From: a virus
Lineage: Duplodnaviria > Caudoviricetes
DNA: 24,333 nucleotides
Strand: one strand, 5' to 3'
IMG/VR virus record: IMGVR_UViG_3300030372_000818
Coordinates: 1-24,333 of that record
Positions 16,580 to 24,329 of the stretch are shown here, one piece after another. The stretch's first letter is position 1. Every line of letters starts with the position of its first letter. The notes under the pieces are model-generated. The model was not told where the DNA came from. It did no database searches and worked only from the letters and a program-made list of their open reading frames with translations. The position numbers and the translations under genes are program-made.

Positions 16580-17023
16580 ATGCAAATTTCAGAGGAAGGC
16601 AAACAGTTAATTAAGAAGTTTGAAGGGTGTAGGCTTGAAGCTTACCGATGTAGCGCAAATAAATTAACGATAGCTTATGGTAGAACTACCAATGTCAAAG
16701 AGGGAGATACTTGCACGCAAGAGCAAGCAGAAGCCTGGCTAGAAGAAGAACTTATAGTATATGGTGCTTATGTCAATAGTGCTGTAACAGTACCGTTAGA
16801 ACAAAATGAGTTTGATGCCTTAGTAGCCTGGACATACAACTTAGGATCTACAAACCTAAATAATTCTACGATGCTAAAGGTGCTAAATGAAAATCAAAAA
16901 GAAGATGTACCGCATCAAATGCGTAGATGGAACAAGGCTAACGGTAAGGTGTTAGAAGGTCTGGTACGCAGAAGAGAAGCAGAAGCTTTGCTGTTTGAAG
17001 GCAAAGAGTGGCACGAAGTCTAA
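16580..17023 (+). CDS. Endolysin, GH24 phage lysozyme (147 aa)
   Basis: Start reassigned to ATG 16580 (GGAG upstream). FEGCRLEAYRCSANKLTIAYG gives the E-X8-C-X5-T triad; QNEFDALV..YNLG and LEGLVRRREAEALLF. Confidence 0.93.
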   Translation: MQISEEGKQLIKKFEGCRLEAYRCSANKLTIAYGRTTNVKEGDTCTQEQAEAWLEEELIVYGAYVNSAVTVPLEQNEFDALVAWTYNLGSTNLNNSTMLKVLNENQKEDVPHQMRRWNKANGKVLEGLVRRREAEALLFEGKEWHEV

Positions 17024-17044
17024 AAAAATAATTACAAATATATA

Positions 17045-17074
17045 TTGACATATTTATATATATGTATATATCAT
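17045..17074 (+). promoter_or_regulatory. Sigma70-like promoter (likely early promoter)
   Basis: Perfect TTGACA 17045-17050, TATCAT 17069-17074 (18-bp spacer), AT-rich upstream tract and RBS AAGGAG 17091-17096, in the gap between the lysis and replication modules. Confidence 0.7.
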
Positions 17075-17105
17075 TAGTCATGTTTAAAAAAAGGAGTAGC
17101 TAAAC

Positions 17106-17309
17106 ATGGGAAAATTAATTAAAGAACAAATAGCAGTTTTAGCAGCAATGTTAGAGTTGCACCAATATAACGAAGGAACTTTGCTTGATCTTGCAAATTA
17201 TGATTTGAAAATTCAGCATTGCGGTAGAAATATATATGGCGATTATCCAGCAGATGTTGCTGCTGTTTATAGTCAATATATTAATCTATCAAAAAGAAAG
17301 GTGGCGTAA
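17106..17309 (+). CDS. Hypothetical early protein (67 aa)
   Basis: First ORF after the promoter, with a strong RBS. Confidence 0.75.
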   Translation: MGKLIKEQIAVLAAMLELHQYNEGTLLDLANYDLKIQHCGRNIYGDYPADVAAVYSQYINLSKRKVA

Positions 17310-17489
17310 ATGGAAAATATATTTAACTATTGGATTATGCAAGAGCCAAAAGCAAATGCTCACAGGCAAGACTTTACAATGATTGCAAGATATAGCGATT
17401 ATGATAAAGCCAAACTGAGAGTGTTGCGTGAACTGGCAAAAGGCAAGCGTAGCTATATGAAGTCTGTTGAGATTAAAGATGGTAGGTAA
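17310..17489 (+). CDS. Hypothetical protein (59 aa, not in the ORF track)
   Basis: Hand translation MENIFNYWIMQEPKANAHRQDFTMIARYSDYDKAKLRVLRELAKGKRSYMKSVEIKDGR*. Abuts the upstream stop and has AAGGTGG upstream. Confidence 0.7.
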   Translation: MENIFNYWIMQEPKANAHRQDFTMIARYSDYDKAKLRVLRELAKGKRSYMKSVEIKDGR

Positions 17490-18432
17490 GCTTACAAGGG
17501 ACGATATACCAACTGCATCTATATCACCTTACTTATTCAATGAGTATAAGTATGGCTCTAGGAATGAAGCGCTAAAACGCTGCATAGATGCTAAGCACGG
17601 TAAATCTACTAGGTTTGAGCAGACCAACATACAGAGAACAGGTGATGTGCTAGAGCCTGTTCTCATTACCGAAGCTTGCGAAAGGTTGGGTATGACAGAT
17701 ATACAAACCAATATTAGCGTAGTAGCTAAACACCCATATTTGTTATTTGAAGCATCATTAGATGGTATGGCGCATGCAGATAGCTTAATTATTAAAGAGG
17801 ATGAAAGCAGAGGTATTTATTTACCAGAAGCAACAGAGGTGAAGCTGGATGGTCAAGGCGTAGTTGAGTGCAAGTGTACAAGAGACTACGCTGAAAACCC
17901 TCCAGCTTTGTGGCGTGGCGTGCTACAGATGCAAGCACAAATGGAATGTGCAGGTGTTGATTGGGGTTTATTAGTTGTGCTATATCAATCTACAGACTTA
18001 CGCATGTTTGTTTACAAGAGAGATCCTAGTTTTGCTGTAAGGCTTAAAAGGGTAGTTGAGGATTGGAATAGGCGTGTGCAAGAAGAGGACTATTTCCCGT
18101 TTGAGATACTAGATGAAAGCAGAAATGATGGCGTGTTAGTGCATCCAGAAGCCACAGAAGAAGAGGTTATTGATCTAGATATGTTATGTGAGGATCATGC
18201 TAGACAGATTATGTTATCTGATGAAGCTATCAAAAACGCCAAAGAAAACAAGCAACGTGCTACAGCAGCTTTGATGGAAGCTATGGGTAATCACAGCAAG
18301 GCTAAAGCAGGTGATTTTGCTATCAATTGGGGTATGACACATTTTAAGGCAAAAGAAGAAAAGGTAGTACCAGCTAAAGAAGCCTATAGTGTAAGAAGAA
18401 AGACTTTAAGTATTAAGAAATATGAGGACTAA
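17479..18432 (+). CDS. YqaJ / lambda-exonuclease family recombination nuclease
   Basis: TAS, G..LEP, ASLDG, VECK and QMQAQM motifs. ATG 17479 preferred over TTG 17467. Confidence 0.88.
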   Translation: MVGKLTRDDIPTASISPYLFNEYKYGSRNEALKRCIDAKHGKSTRFEQTNIQRTGDVLEPVLITEACERLGMTDIQTNISVVAKHPYLLFEASLDGMAHADSLIIKEDESRGIYLPEATEVKLDGQGVVECKCTRDYAENPPALWRGVLQMQAQMECAGVDWGLLVVLYQSTDLRMFVYKRDPSFAVRLKRVVEDWNRRVQEEDYFPFEILDESRNDGVLVHPEATEEEVIDLDMLCEDHARQIMLSDEAIKNAKENKQRATAALMEAMGNHSKAKAGDFAINWGMTHFKAKEEKVVPAKEAYSVRRKTLSIKKYED

Positions 18433-18640
18433 AACAACAGACTTTATGGATGATAAGACTATGGAAAAAGTAGGCAAGGAAGCTATCTGGGTTTACAAAG
18501 ATGTACATAAAGAACTAAAGGTACTGTCCGCACAAACTGGTAAACCTATGGGACAGCTAGCAGAATATTTTCTAAAAGTCGGTATTAATTCTGTAAAACA
18601 TGATATAACTAATATTGATTTTGATGTTAAAGGATTATAA
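18422..18640 (+). CDS. Small DNA-binding protein, ribbon-helix-helix-like
   Basis: AIWVYKDVHKELKVLSAQTGKPMGQLAEYFLKVGI shows a strand-helix-G-helix pattern. Confidence 0.6.
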   Translation: MRTKTTDFMDDKTMEKVGKEAIWVYKDVHKELKVLSAQTGKPMGQLAEYFLKVGINSVKHDITNIDFDVKGL

Positions 18641-19060
18641 ATGGTAAACGCTAGAGCTAAAGGTGCAGCATTTGAGAGAGAATGTGCCAAGCAAATAAAT
18701 GCGATGCTAGAAACAACACATGTAGAAGATAGAGTTAGTAGAAATCTCAACCAATACCAGGAAAAAAATCAACCAGATCTAAAGTTACGTTACCTTTACT
18801 TTGAGTGCAAAAATTATGCTAGAAGTAGCAATAATTGGTACAAAGATAAGTGGTGGCGACAAGTTTGTGAAGCAGCAGGAGATGAAAATGTACCTATTTT
18901 GATTTTTAAGTTTAACCACTTACCAATCAGGGTAGCTTTCCCCTTGAGTATGATTAACTCTAATATAAGCGATAGTGAGTTGCATCATCCTGTTGCCTTC
19001 ACATCTTTTGAGCAGTTTTTAGAAATCCTTAAATATGAGGTTAGTTCATGGAAGAACTAA
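18641..19060 (+). CDS. Holliday junction resolvase (PD-(D/E)xK, Hjc-like)
   Basis: RAKGAAFERE...PDL...FECK...WWRQ...PILIFK motifs. Confidence 0.85.
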   Translation: MVNARAKGAAFERECAKQINAMLETTHVEDRVSRNLNQYQEKNQPDLKLRYLYFECKNYARSSNNWYKDKWWRQVCEAAGDENVPILIFKFNHLPIRVAFPLSMINSNISDSELHHPVAFTSFEQFLEILKYEVSSWKN

Positions 19061-19236
19061 TCTACTTTGATCCAGAGTTTGAGAAGTTTTGCTGGGACGA
19101 GTTTTGCAAAGCCAGGAGGAGCGCAGAGTATCTAGGGATGTCAACCATAGAAGATTTTAGTAGTTTTAAGGACACAAATGCTAGTGTCCTTAAGGCAGTT
19201 TTTGACAGTATTGCTACCAAAAAGGTAGTGCATTAA
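19048..19236 (+). CDS. Hypothetical protein (62 aa)
   Basis: GAGG RBS upstream; fills the gap between the resolvase and the next gene. Confidence 0.65.
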   Translation: MEELIYFDPEFEKFCWDEFCKARRSAEYLGMSTIEDFSSFKDTNASVLKAVFDSIATKKVVH

Positions 19237-19249
19237 AGGAGATATATAT

Positions 19250-19843
19250 ATGGAAATACTACAAGAAAGCGATAATTCAATTTATCTTAAATTTATTAGC
19301 AGAGATAAGCAGTTTAAGCTTGCAGATGAAGAGTGTAAGTTTAAATTTATGCAGCTAGATCTTGATACCCTACAAACAGGTTGGGGTAGATATGAAAGCG
19401 GTTATGAGTTTGTCTGGGACAGCGTGGTTGGTGCTAGGACTGAAAGACCAGCAGGTGAAGGTTGGACAAGAGCCTTTAGTATCTGGGTGATGGTAGATGG
19501 CGTAGAAGATAGACCTTTGCTATGGCAGCGTAACAGCGTAAACGAGTACCAAACAATGTTAGAGATACTTAGAGGGTGTTATAACCAATGGAATGAGAAA
19601 AAACCTGCGCTACCATGTTTTGCATTTACAGGCACAGAAACTATCAAAGGCAAAATGAATGACTTTAATAGAGCTAACTTTGAGTTTGTCGATTGGAAGC
19701 CAAGAGCAGATTCGTTTGTTGTACCAACTTTTGAAGAAGAAAGTGATGATAATTACAAAAACCCTAACGCTGGACTTAGCGATAAGGTGGACGAGCAAAT
19801 TGCTAAAAGCAATAATATTACAGAAGATGATCTGCCATTTTAG
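19250..19843 (+). CDS. Putative single-stranded DNA-binding/annealing protein
   Basis: Aromatic (Trp-rich) beta core, acidic tail ending EDDLPF (SSB-type C-terminal tip), strong RBS, directly upstream of the primase-helicase. Confidence 0.6.
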   Translation: MEILQESDNSIYLKFISRDKQFKLADEECKFKFMQLDLDTLQTGWGRYESGYEFVWDSVVGARTERPAGEGWTRAFSIWVMVDGVEDRPLLWQRNSVNEYQTMLEILRGCYNQWNEKKPALPCFAFTGTETIKGKMNDFNRANFEFVDWKPRADSFVVPTFEEESDDNYKNPNAGLSDKVDEQIAKSNNITEDDLPF

Positions 19844-19846
19844 ATC

Positions 19847-21718
19847 ATGCAAGATAAGTGGGTTAATGTAGCTCCACAGATTGCTTTAGAGGTATTAGGA
19901 GAACCGAAAACTAAAACAGATAAAGAATGGCGGTGGGGATCAAAGGGAAGCTTTGTATTTAATAAAGAAGCAGGTACTTTTTTTGACTTTGAAAATGACG
20001 AAGGCGGAGGTGTAGCCTGGTTATTAGAGACAAAGAATGTAGATAAAGACATTTTGCAAAAGTTTGATCAAGGCTTTGCACCAAATGGCAGCAGCATAAT
20101 TACCTCCACTGAAAAAGATGTTGCCATAGCTACTCCTAACATAGTGGGTGCAAAGCCGATCTCTAGAGATAAATTATTACAACTTTGGTCTGAAGCTGTT
20201 GTTAAGCTTAAATACAATGACAGCTTTTTAGTCTTACGCTTTGCAGAAGGGCATCCAATTAAGCAAAAGTACGCACCTTTCACTAAGGTTGGTGAGCAGT
20301 GGTATATGCGTAGACCAGAGGGCAAGTTGCCCATTTATAGCGAGTGCAACCACCCCAATAAGCCTGTGCTTATTAATGAAGGCGAGAAGGCGTGCTTGGG
20401 AGCAGGCAAGATATATGATGGGGATGTGGCTTGCTGGCACGGAGGAGCTAAGTCTTGGGAGAAATCAGATTGGACAAATGTCTACAACAGGGATGTTTAC
20501 ATCTTCCCAGATAACGATGATGTTGGTAGAGAAGCTGCATGGAGTCTAGGCAAGCATCTAAAGAAGAACGGATGTAATGTTAGGATAGCTTTACCACCAA
20601 AGGATTTTGCAGAAAAGGACGATCTTTGGGATGCAAGTGAAACAGGTTATTTTAAAAATAGTTTTGCGTTAGAGCAATACATAAAAGGTAATCAGATGTT
20701 ACCACCAAAAAGCGACATTTACTTCCAACGCATCGATGAGGTAATGGCAGAAGTAAAAGAGCCTGACTGGTTGATAGAAGATATGTTTGAAAAAGAATCT
20801 GTTATGTCCATCTTTGGTGCTGCTAAATCAGGCAAGTCTTTTGTAGCTATCGCTATGGCTTGTGCTGTCTCTATGGGAGAAGAGTTTTATGGTAGTCCTA
20901 GCAAGCAGGCAACTACTCTGTATTTATGCGGTGAGGGCAAGAGAGGAGTCGGCAGAAGAATAAAGGCGTATGAGCAACACTTCGGTAAAGACTTATCAAA
21001 AGCACCTTTGCTGTTATCAAACAGAGGTGCAAGGATTACAGAGGATGAGGAGTTTGATAAGTTGTTGACAACTTGCAGAGAGATAGAAGAACAGTATGGC
21101 AGCATAGGTTTAATCATATTTGATACGTTTCAGCGTAATTTTTCTGGTAATGAGAACTCTAGTGAGGATGTAGGTTTATTTATACAGCGTTTAGATAAGT
21201 TAGTTGCAGAGTTTGGTGCTACTTGTTGCTTTGTACATCACACAGGACACGGAACTAATGCAAGAGCAAGAGGATCAAGTGTTATCCAGGCAAGTTTAGA
21301 TTATGAGTTTAAGGTCAGCAGAGATGATATTGTTGATGAAATGTGGGTAGATTTTGAGCAAACTCTTAACAAAGATGGTATGGGAATGGCTAAGATGCAA
21401 TACAAGTTTCACGAAGTAAATCTGTTAGGCTTTGATAATCTTACAAGCGGTGTGCTAATACCAGAACATAAGCCAATTGATATTAAAGAAAGCTCTGTCA
21501 ATGAAGAGACAATTAGAGCATTAATTACTGTTGCTGAACAACAATGCCCTGATGATCCTGTAAGTGTTTGGCTCAATGCAGCAGATATAGAGAATATATT
21601 GAAGGTAAAACGTAAGACAGCACAAGGCAGATTGAAGCAATTAAAGGAAAAAGGCTTGGTACATTACAAAGAAAATTACGGTTATCAGGCTAAAAAATGG
21701 GATGAGGGAGTGTTTTAG
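19847..21718 (+). CDS. Primase-helicase (Toprim + AAA_25/RepA-like SF4 helicase)
   Basis: Toprim VLINEGEK and IFPDND; Walker A GAAKSGKS; Walker B LIIFDT; VHHTG...RGSS; C-terminal wHTH-like segment. Confidence 0.92.
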   Translation: MQDKWVNVAPQIALEVLGEPKTKTDKEWRWGSKGSFVFNKEAGTFFDFENDEGGGVAWLLETKNVDKDILQKFDQGFAPNGSSIITSTEKDVAIATPNIVGAKPISRDKLLQLWSEAVVKLKYNDSFLVLRFAEGHPIKQKYAPFTKVGEQWYMRRPEGKLPIYSECNHPNKPVLINEGEKACLGAGKIYDGDVACWHGGAKSWEKSDWTNVYNRDVYIFPDNDDVGREAAWSLGKHLKKNGCNVRIALPPKDFAEKDDLWDASETGYFKNSFALEQYIKGNQMLPPKSDIYFQRIDEVMAEVKEPDWLIEDMFEKESVMSIFGAAKSGKSFVAIAMACAVSMGEEFYGSPSKQATTLYLCGEGKRGVGRRIKAYEQHFGKDLSKAPLLLSNRGARITEDEEFDKLLTTCREIEEQYGSIGLIIFDTFQRNFSGNENSSEDVGLFIQRLDKLVAEFGATCCFVHHTGHGTNARARGSSVIQASLDYEFKVSRDDIVDEMWVDFEQTLNKDGMGMAKMQYKFHEVNLLGFDNLTSGVLIPEHKPIDIKESSVNEETIRALITVAEQQCPDDPVSVWLNAADIENILKVKRKTAQGRLKQLKEKGLVHYKENYGYQAKKWDEGVF

Positions 21719-21849
21719 TGGATATAAAAGTGGATAGATGTGGATATAAAGTGGATATAAATTGGCTAATTTCTATCCGAAATCACCTTGAAGTGGATAT
21801 ATCGGATATATATATACCTAGTATATATCCGTATATCCGCAAAGATCCG
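21718..21849. repeat. Iteron-like GTGGATATA direct repeats plus inverted repeat; putative replication origin
   Basis: GTGGATA(T/G)A at 21718, 21730, 21740, 21751 and 21793; CGGATATA at 21803; inverted TATATCCG at 21824 and 21832; hairpin core TATATAC-CTA-GTATATA at 21811-21827. Confidence 0.75.
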
Positions 21850-21865
21850 AGTTTTTGATATATAT

Positions 21866-22366
21866 ATGCAACGTATAACAAAAGAGCAAGTAATTGCAGA
21901 AGTAAAAGAAATTAGAAATTTTGAATCTGAGTTAAATAAAACATGGGGTGGTAAGGAGAGAATACTAAAATTAATACCAAGCGACCTTATGCTTAAGTTT
22001 GAAAGAGCAGAATATATGTTTAAAAAATCTATAAGATCTGATGATTATAAAAAAATTATAGAGATGTGTGATCTTATGTATAGAGCTTATAACGCAATCA
22101 TTGCTGCTGCAGAACTAAATGGGTACGAAGAGCTTGATCCAGATGTGTTGTGTTTTAGATATAACAAAGACAAATATGCTCTTATAACCAATAATGATAC
22201 AGACTTAGAACACGTTTACGATAAATACAAACATGAAGATAACTGTATAATTTTCAGTGTAGAGGAATTGTTTAGATGCATACCGCAGCATTTAGTCGAT
22301 GCTAAAGAAGAATTAACACAAGCAAACTTCTCACCAACTTTTGAAAAGATAGATGTTAAAAGATAA
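21866..22366 (+). CDS. Hypothetical protein (about 166 aa)
   Basis: Start reassigned to ATG 21866 because the longer TTG-start version merely translates the repeat region. WG..RI..L....L..KF pattern. Confidence 0.7.
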   Translation: MQRITKEQVIAEVKEIRNFESELNKTWGGKERILKLIPSDLMLKFERAEYMFKKSIRSDDYKKIIEMCDLMYRAYNAIIAAAELNGYEELDPDVLCFRYNKDKYALITNNDTDLEHVYDKYKHEDNCIIFSVEELFRCIPQHLVDAKEELTQANFSPTFEKIDVKR

Positions 22367-23108
22367 AACTATTACAGTCTGGTTTAGTTGTGGTGCTGCA
22401 AGTGCAGTAGCAGCAAAGAAAACTATAGAGCTGTACGGTCAAGACAACACGATAAGAGTTGTCAATAACCCTATCAAAGAAGAGCATGAAGATAATAAAA
22501 GGTTTTTAAAGGATGTAGAGCAGTGGTTGGGTGTTGAGATAGAGTATGCTCTTAATCCTAAATTTCCTGATGCATCATGTGAAACTGTATGGCAAGAAAG
22601 AAAGTTTATGTCTGGTGTATTTGGCGCACCATGCACATTACATTTAAAAAGAAATGCTAGAGAAGTTTGGGAAATTAAAAATCCTACAGATTATATTGTT
22701 TTAGGTTTTACTGCTGACGAGGAGAAAAGAGCAAACAGGTTTAGAAAGACAAATAAACAACCACTATTAACACCATTGATTGATCATGGTATTACTAAAC
22801 AAGGATGTTTTGATACCCTAATGTTTGAGGGTATAAAATTACCAGAGATATATTCTTTGGGTTATCCAAATGCCAATTGTATTGGATGTGTCAAAGCATC
22901 ATCACCTACTTATTGGAATCTTGTAAGGGAAACATTTCCTGATGTATTTGAAAAAAGAAGTGAAACTTCAAAAGACATTGGAGCAAAGCTTGTCATACAT
23001 AAAGGACAGAGAATATTTTTACATGAACTGCCAGCAGATGCTAAAGGTAGAGATCTAAAAAGCTATGATTTTGAGTGTGGTATTTTTTGTATTAAAGAAG
23101 ATGAGTAA
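22353..23108 (+). CDS. PAPS-reductase-like / adenine nucleotide alpha-hydrolase family protein with Cys motifs
   Basis: PP-loop-like VWFSCGAASAVA; CTLHLK; VLGFTADE..RA.RF; GYPNANCIGCVK; ECGIFC. Confidence 0.75.
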   Translation: MLKDKTITVWFSCGAASAVAAKKTIELYGQDNTIRVVNNPIKEEHEDNKRFLKDVEQWLGVEIEYALNPKFPDASCETVWQERKFMSGVFGAPCTLHLKRNAREVWEIKNPTDYIVLGFTADEEKRANRFRKTNKQPLLTPLIDHGITKQGCFDTLMFEGIKLPEIYSLGYPNANCIGCVKASSPTYWNLVRETFPDVFEKRSETSKDIGAKLVIHKGQRIFLHELPADAKGRDLKSYDFECGIFCIKEDE

Positions 23109-23223
23109 GGGAAGTAAGCGCAGACCAGAGGATAAGAAAAAAATTGATGAAAATTGGGATAAAATATTTGTAAATGAAAAGAATAAAAAAAAGATTAGCT
23201 CAATACAAACAGACGATAGTTAA
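23101..23223 (+). CDS. Small basic hypothetical protein (40 aa, not in the ORF track)
   Basis: Hand translation MSKGSKRRPEDKKKIDENWDKIFVNEKNKKKISSIQTDDS*. I recognise KGS..RP...NWD.IF as a small phage-protein pattern; overlaps the upstream stop. Confidence 0.65.
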   Translation: MSKGSKRRPEDKKKIDENWDKIFVNEKNKKKISSIQTDDS

Positions 23224-23293
23224 CATTATTGATGAAAAAATTGAAAAGTCACTACAAAAGAAAGCAAACAAACTACATGGGAGACAAGACTAA
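23174..23293 (+). CDS. Small hypothetical protein (39 aa, not in the ORF track)
   Basis: MKRIKKRLAQYKQTIVNIIDEKIEKSLQKKANKLHGRQD*; TAATG coupling to the DUF3310 gene. Confidence 0.45.
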   Translation: MKRIKKRLAQYKQTIVNIIDEKIEKSLQKKANKLHGRQD

Positions 23294-23520
23294 TGGGTAT
23301 ATATGATTCGGTACAAAATCCAAAACATTATTGCGAAGATAAAATAGAATCTTTAGACTATATTAAGCAGCAACTAGGTAAGCAGGGTTATATGGCTTAT
23401 TGTGTTGGCAATATGCACAAATATTTGCATCGACACGAAAAGAAGGGTGAGAACATACAAGATCTTAGGAAGCTTATCTTTTATGCAAACGAAAAGATTA
23501 AGGAGCTTGAAAACCTATGA
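23293..23520 (+). CDS. DUF3310 family protein (T7 gp1.7-like nucleotide kinase family)
   Basis: D.V.NPKHY...IE.LDYI...GN..KYL.R..KKG...QDL.K..FY signature. Confidence 0.85.
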   Translation: MGIYDSVQNPKHYCEDKIESLDYIKQQLGKQGYMAYCVGNMHKYLHRHEKKGENIQDLRKLIFYANEKIKELENL

Positions 23521-23681
23521 GTAAAGTTATAAGTATAGAAATATTAAAAGAAAAGATAGATAAGGGCATATCAAGTTATGATTGTGCTAGAACTTTTGGT
23601 GTAAGTCAGTCAACCGTTATTAGAAGAGCAAAACAATTTGGTTTACAGTTCAAAGGTAAGTCGACCTGGAGAAACTTATGA
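23517..23681 (+). CDS. Helix-turn-helix DNA-binding protein (54 aa, not in the ORF track)
   Basis: MSKVISIEILKEKIDKGISSYDCARTFGVSQSTVIRRAKQFGLQFKGKSTWRNL*; ATGA overlaps at both ends; A..FGVS.STV.R HTH motif. Confidence 0.8.
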   Translation: MSKVISIEILKEKIDKGISSYDCARTFGVSQSTVIRRAKQFGLQFKGKSTWRNL

Positions 23682-24289
23682 AGATAATTGTTAAGCATGA
23701 TATAGATAAAGCTGTAAAAGCTATAAACAATTTTGATAAAAGACATTTACCAGAAGCTACAGCAAAATCAATTAACATTACTTTATTTGGCTTACGCAAA
23801 GAGATGATGAAGCAATTGCCAAAAAAACTTGACAGACCTACACCTGCAACATTAAAAGGTTTTCTTGTATCAAAAGCACATAAAAATAAATTAGGTGGCA
23901 TTTTATTTATAAAAGAATTTGTAGAAAAATATCTTAAGTTTCAAATAACAGGTGGTGTTAGAACAAGCGATAGGCAAATACCAATACCATATACACCTAA
24001 TGCAAGATTAAATAAGTATGGAAATATTGTTGGTAAAAGATCTGGATTAATCAAAAAGAAGAGTCAGTTCTTTGGAACTGTAAAAGGAATTACTGGTGTT
24101 TGGGAAAGAGTGAAGGTTAAGTCTACCAGTCAGTCAAAGTCTCCACTCAAACTTATTGTAGGCTTACATAAAACAGCAGATTATCAACCTAAATTTCCTT
24201 TCTATAAAATAGGTAGAGGTTACATAAGGTCTAAGTTTCAAAAGAATTTTGTAAGAGCATTTAATGAAGCTAAGAGAGGTATACGCTAG
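23678..24289 (+). CDS. Basic phage protein (DRPTP.T family; possibly tail-completion gpZ-like)
   Basis: LP.ATA.SIN.T, LDRPTPATL, YL.FQI.GG.R and RLNKYGNI motifs of a family I associate with the position just before terminase/cos; very Lys-rich. Confidence 0.55.
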   Translation: MKIIVKHDIDKAVKAINNFDKRHLPEATAKSINITLFGLRKEMMKQLPKKLDRPTPATLKGFLVSKAHKNKLGGILFIKEFVEKYLKFQITGGVRTSDRQIPIPYTPNARLNKYGNIVGKRSGLIKKKSQFFGTVKGITGVWERVKVKSTSQSKSPLKLIVGLHKTADYQPKFPFYKIGRGYIRSKFQKNFVRAFNEAKRGIR

Positions 24290-24294
24290 TGCGT

Positions 24295-24329
24295 AGGTTC
24301 TTCCTAGCAACGCAACGTGGGTTATTCGC
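24295..24329 (+). other. Candidate cos / packaging-site motif
   Basis: AGGTTCTTCC...CGTGGGTTATTCGC resembles lambda cosQ GGGTCCTTTCC and the post-cosN CGCGGGTTTTCGC. GC-rich non-coding patch after the last gene. Confidence 0.45.

Noticed and set aside
17024-17105. CRP/FNR or LexA site in the promoter region linking cAMP to phage transcription
   Set aside because: No convincing TGTGA-N6-TCACA, TTGAT-N4-ATCAA or CTGT-N8-ACAG match by eye.
19213-19229. Hairpin CTACC-AAAAA-GGTAG as a terminator
   Set aside because: Short stem, inside a coding region, with no U-tract.
7763-20549. Nested + strand alternative-frame ORFs 7763-7951, 9879-10079, 19659-19871 and 20241-20549
   Set aside because: Contained in or mostly overlapping longer genes, with no convincing RBS or family motif. 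None shows a lipobox suggesting an embedded Rz1.
21718-21849. Repeat array as a CRISPR array
   Set aside because: Units are 9 bp with 1-3 bp gaps; there are no unique spacers and no cas genes.
15995-21865. Track start sites 15995, 16478, 17467 and 21788
   Set aside because: They overlap upstream genes or repeats. Downstream ATGs (16046, 16580, 17479, 21866) fit RBS position, gene packing or family N-termini better.
462-23901. All minus-strand ORFs in the track (e.g. 462-845, 6912-7316, 10003-10248, 16091-16402, 23650-23901)
   Set aside because: They lie antisense to well-supported + strand genes and have no recognisable motifs. The poly-Pro in 10003-10248 is just the antisense of the poly-Gly codons.
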